Origin: a virus
Lineage: Duplodnaviria > Caudoviricetes
Virus record (IMG/VR): IMGVR_UViG_3300032254_000001
Location: 192,001 to 256,000 of that record
DNA: 64,000 bases
Strand: one strand, 5' to 3'
Positions 37,423 to 46,112 of the stretch are shown here, piece by piece. Numbering within the stretch: the first letter of the stretch is position 1; each line of letters begins with the position of its first letter. Both the position numbers and the translations under genes were made by a program. The notes under the pieces are model-generated. The model did no database searches. It was not told the origin of the DNA and was given only the letters and a program-made list of their open reading frames with translations.

Positions 37423-37462
37423 AGTATAATAGAAAACTGTAGGTTTGTCTACCTACAGTTTT
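37423..37462 (-). promoter_or_regulatory. Sigma70 promoter overlapping an 11-bp terminator-like hairpin
   Basis: TAGACA-N17-TATACT-N6-ATG; AAAACTGTAGG/CCTACAGTTTT stem with the -35 box in its loop. Confidence 0.7.
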
Positions 37463-37467
37463 TCCAT

Positions 37468-38361
37468 TTACTTTGTAACGTGCGGATTGTTTATATTGTT
37501 GAACTCTTTTAGGAATGTATCTTTGTGCTTGTTAACTGCAACCGTGTAATGCCAGTCATTGTACTCGCTACCTAAAGCACCGCCAAGTCCACGATTGTAT
37601 GCTGTGATAGCAAAGTTAGTTGGGCGTACATAGTTACGCTTTTCGTTGCGGCCCATCATCCAAAGATACTTACTTGCAACTCGAATATTGAACTTCTTGT
37701 CCATAATCAAATGCGCAATGATTTCTTCATTGGTCTTTAGGTAAGCTGCTTTTTGGACTGTCTTCATTGTTCCATTAGCTTGCTTCTCTCTAATGCGAGG
37801 CTGATAAAAACCTGGGAAGTCATTAGGGAACCGTTTAAATACGTCCTGGGCTGCTGCTACTTTAATTTGACCTACACCGTAATAGCGTTTACCAAATTTT
37901 AAACCAGCTTCGTCGCCAGCTACTTCGTGTCCTTTGTATCCACCTGCTTTAGATTCTTGCCAAATAAGACCTTGTAGCACTGCTGGTTCACGATGACCAT
38001 CTGCTTTTGCTACATCGTATGCATACAATAGCATGTCTGCCTGCTCGCGGTCTATCGACCTAGGTAAGCTAACAATGTGACGTTCGCCTTTGTATGAATA
38101 TAGATTTTCTTGATATGATTCACCTTTGCCTATCATCATTAAGTTGAGTGGAGTCATTATTACTTCTGCATATGTACCGCAGTAAGAAATAGGCATAGGC
38201 TCAGTTGGTGCCATTACTGTTGGGCTAGCAGGCGCTGGTTTTGCCTGTGCTTCTTGTTCTAAATAGCCGAACTGCATAACAGCCAATGGTACTGCAATTA
38301 GTGTAAAAATTGCTATGGCGATGTGGTAACCGAAAGTTGAGTTACTTGTTTGCTTCTTCAT
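37468..38361 (-). CDS. Lytic transglycosylase (SLT/goose-lysozyme-like) with N-terminal membrane anchor
   Basis: LIWQES catalytic motif, YGVGQI, NIRVASKYL, AITAYNRG; hydrophobic residues ~11-31. Confidence 0.75.
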   Translation of the reverse strand: MKKQTSNSTFGYHIAIAIFTLIAVPLAVMQFGYLEQEAQAKPAPASPTVMAPTEPMPISYCGTYAEVIMTPLNLMMIGKGESYQENLYSYKGERHIVSLPRSIDREQADMLLYAYDVAKADGHREPAVLQGLIWQESKAGGYKGHEVAGDEAGLKFGKRYYGVGQIKVAAAQDVFKRFPNDFPGFYQPRIREKQANGTMKTVQKAAYLKTNEEIIAHLIMDKKFNIRVASKYLWMMGRNEKRNYVRPTNFAITAYNRGLGGALGSEYNDWHYTVAVNKHKDTFLKEFNNINNPHVTK

Positions 38362-38385
38362 GTGGTGCCTCTAAATTAAAATGTG

Positions 38386-39135
38386 TTATCCAATTACCCA
38401 TGTTAACGGATCTGATCCATCTACAAAGTTCTTTAAATCTTCAAGTAGTTCTTTCATTAACTCGTTTGCTTCTGATTTCATTGTTGAACCGTTTAAGCTA
38501 GTGCCGCCATTCGGTCCTGCAATTTGTGCAAACTTTTCACGTGCTTCACCTTCCATGTACTTACAATTGGCATAGGTAAAGTCTTTAATCCACTGTGATA
38601 TCTGAAGTTCTGTTAACAACTGTACCTCAGGCTTCATGTTGTAAGTCCACAATAGTATAGTTTCACCTGAACTAGTAATGTTTCTAACTAACTTAATACG
38701 CTTGGTGCTTGGGTTAAATGTAAAGTTCATGTAACCACCAAACATTCTTGCAGCAAGTTCTAGCTTTTGTGTGTATAGTTCCCACGTTGCTAAACCGCCA
38801 GTACCACCTAAGTTTAAGATGTACGTATTAATAACAGCTGATGAGAATGGATCAAACGCTGAGTCGCCACCAATAGAACCAAATGTTCTACGGAATATCT
38901 GGCGGACTTCTGTTACTTCCTGAGGTAGTGTGTATTCATCTATATTTTCCTCAAGGTCCAACCAAACATACGCTTCTTCGTATGCATTTTGTGCCTTTTG
39001 CCTATACGTGCCAATTGCTCGTTTATAAGCTGTTTCGTAATGTATTGGATCAAGAGAAAGATCCACCATACCACTACCCATCAATGCTGATGCGTAGTCA
39101 AATACTTCTTGTTTCATTTCTTCTAAGTTAGCCAT
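38386..39135 (-). CDS. 13: Neck protein (T4 gp13-like)
   Basis: LMGSGMVDLSL...AIGTYRQ, YTLPQEVTEVRQI, WIKDFTYA...KF..IAGPNGGTSLNG; ATAAATA at 39159-39165. Confidence 0.75.
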   Translation of the reverse strand: MANLEEMKQEVFDYASALMGSGMVDLSLDPIHYETAYKRAIGTYRQKAQNAYEEAYVWLDLEENIDEYTLPQEVTEVRQIFRRTFGSIGGDSAFDPFSSAVINTYILNLGGTGGLATWELYTQKLELAARMFGGYMNFTFNPSTKRIKLVRNITSSGETILLWTYNMKPEVQLLTELQISQWIKDFTYANCKYMEGEAREKFAQIAGPNGGTSLNGSTMKSEANELMKELLEDLKNFVDGSDPLTWVIG

Positions 39136-39150
39136 AAGTTTTCTCGCAGT

Positions 39151-39510
39151 CTATATGCTATTTATCCTATCCTGCTTGGCTAACTCTTCTACTTGAGGCA
39201 TTATGTTCTTGACACAAGGTCCTTTGATTTGTCCATCCGGACTAGATATTACTATTGTCGCACAATCCAACGGCCACGGATATTGAATTACAGTGACGTG
39301 GGACTTAGACAAGTCAAATATTTTAAGTCCTTCTGTCCCTTCGGGGCGATACATTAACACGCCACCTAAAAAGATGTCTTCATAATTATAAGCTGCAACC
39401 ATAGCATTACCTAAAAACATGCTGTATGCCTTTAAGGTTACTACGCCAAGTAATACCGAGCCAACTACTGTTCCAAGTAAAACTCGTTTTATGCTTATCT
39501 TAGTATTCAT
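39151..39510 (-). CDS. Hypothetical secreted/membrane protein
   Basis: N-terminal hydrophobic helix; TAATG coupling. Confidence 0.55.
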   Translation of the reverse strand: MNTKISIKRVLLGTVVGSVLLGVVTLKAYSMFLGNAMVAAYNYEDIFLGGVLMYRPEGTEGLKIFDLSKSHVTVIQYPWPLDCATIVISSPDGQIKGPCVKNIMPQVEELAKQDRINSI

Positions 39511-40025
39511 TACCACCACCAATGGATTAAACATTTAGTTATGCCACGCGATTCTAAGAACTCAGCAATGACAGGATATTGTTCTTTATGCTCTTCGTGA
39601 TCAATCCAGGTATAGTAATAATGATCGTTACCAAACCCCATGTCGGACCAAAGTTTTCTAACTTCGTCTTCAACTTCAACAGGACAATTGCTCCACTGCA
39701 CTTCGAAAATATTATGTGCTTCTATGCATTCTGCGCCGTTTGTCTCGGCAGTTTTCCAAGCATCTTTACCGTGGCTATCTTTATGCTCGTAAGCTGTTGT
39801 TTCACCTGAGTACCTTGTATTATTCTTTAGTACTGAGAATGTTTTGTTGCCACCTTTCTTGTGTTTCTCAACACGGATATAGTGTGCAACCTGTTCTTCA
39901 GATAGCGTGTCAAGGAATCCGATAAGCTCGCGGCCTTCAGGAATACCCGGAACTTCAAGTCCAGTCCATTCGCCTTTATGAAACAGATTGATGCCGTCGT
40001 AATCTATTAGCGCAAAATTGCTCAC
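39510..40025 (-). CDS. Hypothetical protein
   Basis: 171 aa, coupled with neighbours. Confidence 0.65.
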   Translation of the reverse strand: MSNFALIDYDGINLFHKGEWTGLEVPGIPEGRELIGFLDTLSEEQVAHYIRVEKHKKGGNKTFSVLKNNTRYSGETTAYEHKDSHGKDAWKTAETNGAECIEAHNIFEVQWSNCPVEVEDEVRKLWSDMGFGNDHYYYTWIDHEEHKEQYPVIAEFLESRGITKCLIHWWW

Positions 40026-40249
40026 AAGTTACCTCCAATGGTAACATCATATGTTTTTGTAGACTCGAAGCCCCAGCTAACCAGATAACGTTTAACACTT
40101 TCAACATCGTCGGTGTTCTTAAACATTTCAGTCGCTTCTTTAGCAAGTTCTTTAGCAATCTTTTTAGACATACCGTCTGGCGCTTTCATAGTTAATGCAG
40201 TGCCTGGCATATCAAAGTCGCCGTATGTTTGTACATTAAAAGTAATCAT
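40022..40249 (-). CDS. Hypothetical protein
   Basis: Start re-assigned to MITFNV after GAGGA. Confidence 0.55.
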   Translation of the reverse strand: MITFNVQTYGDFDMPGTALTMKAPDGMSKKIAKELAKEATEMFKNTDDVESVKRYLVSWGFESTKTYDVTIGGNL

Positions 40250-40589
40250 GGTTTCCTCGGGGCCGAACTCGTGGCATTGGTGGAGCTGGAGGTGGTGGCG
40301 GACGGTTTGGCTTAAGTCGACCTGCATGATGTGAAGTGTCTTCAAACGTTACCTTGCCTGGGTTTTTAATTGTCATCCATAATGTTTCTTTAAGAAAGTT
40401 ACCGCTATTCCTAACATAGAAAAACAGTACTACCAACCAAACTATAGCATATAGATACCACGGGCCTCCGTCGACATTCGGGTTTATATCCATAATGATA
40501 CCGTATATTGCCGCTGCTTGCATACAACCAAGCCAAAAGGCTAACGTTAGACGTCGCTCTGGAGTCATTTTAAGCTTTTTAAACTTCAT
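40236..40589 (-). CDS. Two-TM membrane protein with polyproline C-terminus
   Basis: Two hydrophobic segments; PNRPPPPPAPPMPR. Confidence 0.6.
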   Translation of the reverse strand: MKFKKLKMTPERRLTLAFWLGCMQAAAIYGIIMDINPNVDGGPWYLYAIVWLVVLFFYVRNSGNFLKETLWMTIKNPGKVTFEDTSHHAGRLKPNRPPPPPAPPMPRVRPRGNHDYF

Positions 40590-40827
40590 GCTTTTCCTTT
40601 TGAAACGGCTCGACATCAAACCCGAGACGCTTCTTAACTAAGTCTTCTTCAGACTTTACATTTTCTTCCATTAGCGTCTTACATTGCTTAGGCATTGCAA
40701 TTGATCCTACTACTGCCATACACTTCCAGCAACGGTAAGAACAACCGCTAGCATCATCCCAATGGGCTTCACCACAAGGCAAGTCAATGGTTTCCGGTAC
40801 TACGGTACCATCAAATGCGCGTGGCAT
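40579..40827 (-). CDS. Small Cys-containing hypothetical protein
   Basis: CG...C...CWKC...C pattern. Confidence 0.6.
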   Translation of the reverse strand: MPRAFDGTVVPETIDLPCGEAHWDDASGCSYRCWKCMAVVGSIAMPKQCKTLMEENVKSEEDLVKKRLGFDVEPFQKEKHEV

Positions 40828-41108
40828 TACTCTGGGCCTTTTGGCTTGGTAAATGTGCTAATAAGATTCTCTAACATCCGAAGAGTTCTTTCTTCGTCGC
40901 TTAGTGATTCGTCAAGGTCAGCGTCAAAGTCAAAGGCGCCATGTAACATATCATACGCTTCTTTGTTTTCATCTAGCTCACACAGGTCTTCGCAGAACAT
41001 ACCGTACTCATTAGACACTGTAATTGGCTTGCCTGATATCTCGCATTCGCATTCGATATCAATCTGACCATTGCCGTTATCATTCGGCACTGCTTTAAAT
41101 CTACACAT
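40827..41108 (-). CDS. Hypothetical protein
   Basis: CEISGKPI...GMFCEDLC. Confidence 0.6.
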   Translation of the reverse strand: MCRFKAVPNDNGNGQIDIECECEISGKPITVSNEYGMFCEDLCELDENKEAYDMLHGAFDFDADLDESLSDEERTLRMLENLISTFTKPKGPE

Positions 41109-41283
41109 CTTCTTTTATCTCCGTAAGTTTAAGGGCGTAAAAACTGTTATCTTCTTCAGCACGTTCCAAAAAGGCTTCATCAATAACAATTCTGCCATCC
41201 TCCTGGAACCAAGTTTCGTCAATGCTGTCAGCAGTAACATTTTCACCTAAATCAATTTCTACTCGTATTTTACACATTAGCAC
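41101..41283 (-). CDS. Hypothetical protein
   Basis: 60-aa coupled ORF. Confidence 0.5.
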   Translation of the reverse strand: MLMCKIRVEIDLGENVTADSIDETWFQEDGRIVIDEAFLERAEEDNSFYALKLTEIKEDV

Positions 41284-41459
41284 TGTACCACATCAATTAT
41301 TGCCTCGGCATCACCAATTGAAACATTTGGAAAGTGACGCTTTACTATATCATCCGGGTCGCAGTCAAAGTCTGCAATTTCAGTATCAATCTCCGATTCA
41401 CAGTCTGTGATACGCATTGACTTGCTCGGATGGTCTACCATGAATGCTATCCAACACAT
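41277..41459 (-). CDS. Hypothetical protein
   Basis: 60-aa coupled ORF. Confidence 0.5.
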   Translation of the reverse strand: MCWIAFMVDHPSKSMRITDCESEIDTEIADFDCDPDDIVKRHFPNVSIGDAEAIIDVVQC

Positions 41460-41460
41460 A

Positions 41461-42666
41461 TTAAAATACCTTCAGTATAACAATGTTATCGTTAAAGCGA
41501 CCGGACATCTTAGTCTCAACTGACTTCGTTTTCTCAAACAGCTTCCTGGTGTTTGGTCGGCTCGCTGCCATTAGTGCTTTAAGCTGCTCTGCTGGCTTAC
41601 GGACTGTCTTCTGCACGGACTTCGTTGTGTTAAAGCCTTCGATTGTGTTGTTCTTAATTGACAGGCCACCTGCGTACTCGTCTGCAATGAAATACATGAG
41701 CTTGCGCTTCTTAGCATCGTATGCGAACATTTCTTTAGCACCAATAATCTTAGCTGGCTTTTCACTAACAAGCTTTAAGGTATCTTCCTTAGGCATGAAC
41801 TTCAACTTACGTGCTAATTGATCAGGCGTCTTCACCTTACGTGCTCGCACTTTCTTAGTTGACTTCTTGTATGCCACATAGCTGTGGTAATCAGCAACAA
41901 CCATTTCAGCAAACTTAACTAGGTTGCGGAGTTGGATTTTAGTAAACTGACTGTAACCTTCTTTAAGATCAGCGTCTTCACCTGCATGAGCTTCTTTATA
42001 TTCTGCTGCAACCGCTTCCCAGTGTGCAATGCCTGCGCCTGCATGAGCTGGTAGGATGTTTGCAATCTTTAAAACATCAATTGGCTTGAAGTTGTGACTA
42101 GCTTTTGCGCCTGCTTTAATGTAATCATCAAGCAAGCCTTCTATTTCGCCTTCTGCTTCTGCTGCAATTTCTCGCATACGTTCCTGGATGTTAAATTTTG
42201 CTTTGGTTGCCTTAGCTTCCTTAGCTTCATCTGACTCAGGGTCAACTTCTGCTTTTTTAGCTGCTACTGATGCAATTGCTTTTTCAATTGCAGTGTCGAT
42301 GCGGTTTGTCTCATCTTCGTCCAGCACCCAACCCATCATAGTCATACGAGATAACCAGCCTAGTGCATTTGATACTGAATTGTCATGTGCGCGTTTAAGC
42401 TGCTTCGCTTCATCTTTGCGCTCATTAATAGTTAAGTACTCTTGCAGGAATGCATGAGCATCTTTTGAACCAAAATTATAGTTGTACCAGTTAAGTCCAG
42501 TTGATAAGTGGTGCTTGCGATTGTCTGCGGTTATTTCAACCCCTTCCCAAACTGGCTCATAGCCTGTGTACTTTGCTGCATCAACACTTACTTTAAGTGA
42601 CTTGGCTGCTGTGTTCAGTGGCGCTGGGTTCATTGCCCTTGCTCTACTTGTTTTAGCTTTAGCCAT
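41461..42666 (-). CDS. Hypothetical early protein (401 aa, Ala/Lys-rich)
   Basis: First gene after the strong promoter at 42700-42728; CAGGAG SD; biased codon usage. Confidence 0.8.
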   Translation of the reverse strand: MAKAKTSRARAMNPAPLNTAAKSLKVSVDAAKYTGYEPVWEGVEITADNRKHHLSTGLNWYNYNFGSKDAHAFLQEYLTINERKDEAKQLKRAHDNSVSNALGWLSRMTMMGWVLDEDETNRIDTAIEKAIASVAAKKAEVDPESDEAKEAKATKAKFNIQERMREIAAEAEGEIEGLLDDYIKAGAKASHNFKPIDVLKIANILPAHAGAGIAHWEAVAAEYKEAHAGEDADLKEGYSQFTKIQLRNLVKFAEMVVADYHSYVAYKKSTKKVRARKVKTPDQLARKLKFMPKEDTLKLVSEKPAKIIGAKEMFAYDAKKRKLMYFIADEYAGGLSIKNNTIEGFNTTKSVQKTVRKPAEQLKALMAASRPNTRKLFEKTKSVETKMSGRFNDNIVILKVF

Positions 42667-42699
42667 ATTATGTGCTCCTGTTAATTAACTTATGTACGT

Positions 42700-42728
42700 A
42701 TTATATGATCATCTAGCCAAAAGGTCAA
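42700..42728 (-). promoter_or_regulatory. Strong sigma70-type early promoter (leftward)
   Basis: TTGACC-N17-TATAAT. Confidence 0.85.
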
Positions 42729-42768
42729 CCTATTTATATTGTGTTCTCCAGGGATTTTTGTATAATTT

Positions 42769-42952
42769 TGTAAGTCATTGATTTATATAGCTTTTTAGCA
42801 ACTCACAATATATTGGTACATTGCTGTAAGTCATTGATTTATATAGCATTAAAAATTAAATAGGCGGTTTTTAAAAAATAAGGTAGGGCAATGTATACAT
42901 TATATACGTGTAATACGCAAAAACCACGGTTATTTTGTAAGTCATTGATTTT
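42769..42952. repeat. Three direct repeats with IHF-consensus boxes
   Basis: TAAGTCATTGATT at 42771, 42827 and 42938; the first two share 23 identical nt. Confidence 0.88.
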
Positions 42953-42967
42953 AACTTAAAATAAAGG

Positions 42968-42996
42968 TTGACCTTTTACCAAAATAGTCATATAAT
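42968..42996 (+). promoter_or_regulatory. Strong sigma70-type early promoter (rightward)
   Basis: TTGACC-N17-TATAAT. Confidence 0.85.
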
Positions 42997-43021
42997 TAGT
43001 ACATAGTTAGATAAAGAGACA

Positions 43022-43180
43022 ATGCACATGAACGTAACAGACGAGATGCTACAAGCTGCAATGAAAAAAGCAGTAGAATTAGGGTTACTTCCTGCATTTG
43101 CCGGTGAAGAACAATACTTAAAGAATTGGGATAATATGCAGCAAGTGTTAGAAGCTGCATTTGAGGAGATAGCGCAATGA
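43022..43180 (+). CDS. Small helical hypothetical protein (52 aa)
   Basis: Below cutoff: MHMNVTDEMLQAAMKKAVELGLLP...NW...LEAAFEEIAQ*; stop overlaps the next ATG. Confidence 0.7.
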   Translation: MHMNVTDEMLQAAMKKAVELGLLPAFAGEEQYLKNWDNMQQVLEAAFEEIAQ

Positions 43181-43428
43181 CTGTACCATACGATAGACCA
43201 GTACCAGGCGAATATGATGTTACTGTTGAAGCAGACGGTGAAATCACAATTGCTATTGATGGTGGTTACCATGGTGAGCAAGTTGATCGCGTTTTCACAG
43301 GCGAGCAGATGAAGACTATTGCTGCATACGCTGAACGCCACCGTGCTGCATACCAAGCATGGGTTGATGGTGATTACGAAGACGAACAAGTTTATTTTGA
43401 TGCAATGGGTGAAGAATGTCAAAAATAA
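43177..43428 (+). CDS. Hypothetical protein
   Basis: GAGGAG SD, 83 aa. Confidence 0.65.
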   Translation: MTVPYDRPVPGEYDVTVEADGEITIAIDGGYHGEQVDRVFTGEQMKTIAAYAERHRAAYQAWVDGDYEDEQVYFDAMGEECQK

Positions 43429-43757
43429 AAGTAGGCGAGCAATACTTTAATTGGTGGACTACCGGCTTTGTCGGTCCGTTCACTTATAAGGGTGGCGATA
43501 ACTTTGCGTTCAATTCAATGATACGCGGCGACATTGCTAAGTTAACACTTGCCCAAGAAGGCTTTAATTACATGTTCGACAATGCTTGGACATTAGATGC
43601 GTCTCGCGATTATGCGGGGCAGGTGCATGAGGTGTTTGCTGCTGAAGCAGTTGACGAGCAGATTGCACTTACTAATGATCCCCACGTTGTTGAAATCTTA
43701 GAAGCACTGAAAGAATGCACCGATGTTCTTTTGGAATCACTTGGAGTTACATTATGA
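43416..43757 (+). CDS. Hypothetical protein
   Basis: 113 aa, coupled. Confidence 0.6.
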   Translation: MSKIKVGEQYFNWWTTGFVGPFTYKGGDNFAFNSMIRGDIAKLTLAQEGFNYMFDNAWTLDASRDYAGQVHEVFAAEAVDEQIALTNDPHVVEILEALKECTDVLLESLGVTL

Positions 43758-43918
43758 TGTTAGCCTCATTTTTAATTGGTGCGGTATGTGTTATATTGAT
43801 TATAGTTGGCGGTGTGTTTGTGTTTGGCGGCATGCTTGGCAATGACATTAGGGTATGTATTGGCGGGGGACTAATGATCGCCGCTGGTATTATCTTACCA
43901 ATATCGGTATTCCTATGA
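43754..43918 (+). CDS. Small two-TM membrane protein
   Basis: GGAG SD; almost entirely hydrophobic 54 aa. Confidence 0.6.
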   Translation: MMLASFLIGAVCVILIIVGGVFVFGGMLGNDIRVCIGGGLMIAAGIILPISVFL

Positions 43919-44322
43919 AGTTTACTCCACTTGAAAAAAGCAGAGCTAAAGAGCTCGAAACTATAACTACATCCTATTTAAATGTATTGTCACATGATGA
44001 TTTGTTAGGCGTGGACCCAATGCTAGTACATCAATTCCATAACTGGGCTGATGATAGTACCACCGAACGTGCTAATCCAGATGGTATATTTTTTAAGGGC
44101 TTGTACGAGAAAGCTAGATACATCTCAGATAAGTTAGGAATGAAGACATCGTTTTGGGTAACCTACTATGTCAAACATGCTGTATGGGGTTTTGAATACA
44201 ACGGAAATGAATACCTGTTGTACTTTAGCAATGAAGGACTATCACTACAGATGCTGGACACCACGTCAGGCTATGAAGTGCTAGCTTGTATTTCAGAAAT
44301 AATCAAGAGGTGGAAATCATGA
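43915..44322 (+). CDS. Hypothetical protein
   Basis: ATGA coupling at both ends. Confidence 0.6.
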   Translation: MKFTPLEKSRAKELETITTSYLNVLSHDDLLGVDPMLVHQFHNWADDSTTERANPDGIFFKGLYEKARYISDKLGMKTSFWVTYYVKHAVWGFEYNGNEYLLYFSNEGLSLQMLDTTSGYEVLACISEIIKRWKS

Positions 44323-44498
44323 AAGCACTATTCTTCTTACCAATGTTAATACTAAGTAACCTGCGCTTAATGCTGCCACGTCAAATGTTTGCAGCAACAT
44401 ACACACCAGCATCGGATGAGATGCGGGATGCAGAGCAGGAAATCCGTAACGTATCTAGACTAGCTGCTTACAAAGCAAAGAAACTTTTAGGAGAGTAA
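44319..44498 (+). CDS. Hypothetical protein
   Basis: GAGGT SD; 59 aa. Confidence 0.5.
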   Translation: MKALFFLPMLILSNLRLMLPRQMFAATYTPASDEMRDAEQEIRNVSRLAAYKAKKLLGE

Positions 44499-44499
44499 C

Positions 44500-44814
44500 A
44501 TGAAGTTCGCTGACATGTTAACGTTTTGGAAGATGAAGGGCATGATTGAAAATGATATCTGCATGACACGTGATAATGTGCATGGCAATGATCACAAGCA
44601 TGTTCTTTATTTAATGACAGTTAAAAGCACATTTGAAATAGCACAAATTGTATACCGCTATGACTTAGTTGATAACGTTAAGACCAAGTTTGCTTTAGTG
44701 TATGCCGACATATTATTCCCAGGCAACAACTTTGGGCAGAAGAAGCCTAACGAAGTGTTCATTAAAAATGCTAAGGTTAGTGACTTAGCCAGGTACCTAT
44801 GTGAGCGTACATGA
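44500..44814 (+). CDS. Hypothetical protein
   Basis: AGGAG SD; N-terminal MKxxDxLTF motif. Confidence 0.6.
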   Translation: MKFADMLTFWKMKGMIENDICMTRDNVHGNDHKHVLYLMTVKSTFEIAQIVYRYDLVDNVKTKFALVYADILFPGNNFGQKKPNEVFIKNAKVSDLARYLCERT

Positions 44815-45077
44815 AGCCTGCTGAAGTACTCACATACGCCTTGCTTGCTGGAGAAGTGACTCTTAATAAACAGTTAAAAGACAACTCCGGCAAGTTGACC
44901 GATTTCTATATAGTTCAACTTACTGTACGCGGCAGCTCTATTGGCTTCCAATACCACAAAGATGGCGACGAATTAACCTTTGTCAAAGGTAGTAAACGTG
45001 AGTCTGATCCTACGCTGGGCACTACGCTATCTACAATCTACGGTTTTGATCATCTCTTAAAGACCCTTTCATTATGA
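44811..45077 (+). CDS. Hypothetical protein
   Basis: ATGA coupling; MKPAEVLTY. Confidence 0.6.
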   Translation: MKPAEVLTYALLAGEVTLNKQLKDNSGKLTDFYIVQLTVRGSSIGFQYHKDGDELTFVKGSKRESDPTLGTTLSTIYGFDHLLKTLSL

Positions 45078-45310
45078 AACTACCAGAATTTATAACGTAC
45101 TGCACACTTAAAGATCTTATTGTAGTGCATGAAAGGTTAGATAACGAGTGGTATGCTAATGCCACTAATATGCAGAAACTTGTAATAGAAAATGATAATT
45201 TCCTGGCTACAATCAAATATATCCATTTTGCAAACAAATACAGTATATTATATTCTGAACTATCTGAGTATTCACCAGATATGATACACTCCCTGTTCAC
45301 ACCGACTTAG
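45074..45310 (+). CDS. Hypothetical protein
   Basis: ATGA coupling; MKLPEFITY. Confidence 0.55.
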   Translation: MKLPEFITYCTLKDLIVVHERLDNEWYANATNMQKLVIENDNFLATIKYIHFANKYSILYSELSEYSPDMIHSLFTPT

Positions 45311-45386
45311 ATATTATAATAAGCAAATTCGCGTAACAATTCTGCTCGTATACTTCTGCATAAATACATCAAAGCAGGAATATACT

Positions 45387-46112
45387 ATGCAATTTACAGA
45401 AAATAAGTACACCAGATGGTATTTTAATATCATTTACAAAGCGGCAGATGTTCGCACAAAGGGCAAGACTGAGTTACACCATGTTTTGCCTAAATCGCTG
45501 TATCCTGAATTTAAAAATTTGAAAAAACATTCATGGAATGAAGTACACCTAACTGCACGTGAACATTTTATTTGTCATTGGCTACTAACTAAGATGTGTA
45601 CTAACCGTGCCAATATGCACAAAATGGTCTTTGCATTTAAAATGATGATGCACATGGAAAATCCAACACAAAATAGATACAAAATTAATTCACATGTGTA
45701 TCAAATTCTTAGAGAAAACTTGGCGCAAAAACTGAGTGATTTTAAGTTTACGGATCAACGCATTGCTAATATGAAAAAAGCCGCACAGAATAGGGCTGCT
45801 AACCTGACAGATGCCGAGCGCGAACAACGAAGTGAATGTCTAATTAAATTAAATAAAAGTAGAAGAGGTGAGAAGCGACCTTCCCAGTCTGGGAAGAATA
45901 ATGTTATGGCCGGACCAGGCGTATTAGCTAAATTTGTTGGAGAAAATAACCATTTCTATAACAAAACCCATACGTCAGAAACCAAACAGTCAATAGGCGA
46001 ATGCAGAAAGAAAGAAAAATGGATATGTCAGCACTGTCAAAAAGAAGGGGTAGGGTATGGCAACTATCACCGCTGGCATAATGAAAATTGCAAGGAGAAG
46101 ATACATGCCTAA
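45387..46112 (+). CDS. HNH homing endonuclease
   Basis: ELHHVLPKS...VHLTAREHFICHWLL, NHFYNKTHTSETK (NUMOD3-like), CQHC...WHNENC; overlaps the gp14 start. Confidence 0.82.
   Translation: MQFTENKYTRWYFNIIYKAADVRTKGKTELHHVLPKSLYPEFKNLKKHSWNEVHLTAREHFICHWLLTKMCTNRANMHKMVFAFKMMMHMENPTQNRYKINSHVYQILRENLAQKLSDFKFTDQRIANMKKAAQNRAANLTDAEREQRSECLIKLNKSRRGEKRPSQSGKNNVMAGPGVLAKFVGENNHFYNKTHTSETKQSIGECRKKEKWICQHCQKEGVGYGNYHRWHNENCKEKIHA

Noticed and set aside
42880-42912. dif-like XerCD site around TGTATA
   Set aside because: The central hexamer matches, but the right arm (CATTATATACG) does not resemble the XerD arm TTATGTTAAAT; only a short AATGTATACATT palindrome.
42988-43422. 144-aa minus-strand ORF
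   Set aside because: Antisense to well-supported plus-strand early genes with SDs and coupled starts.
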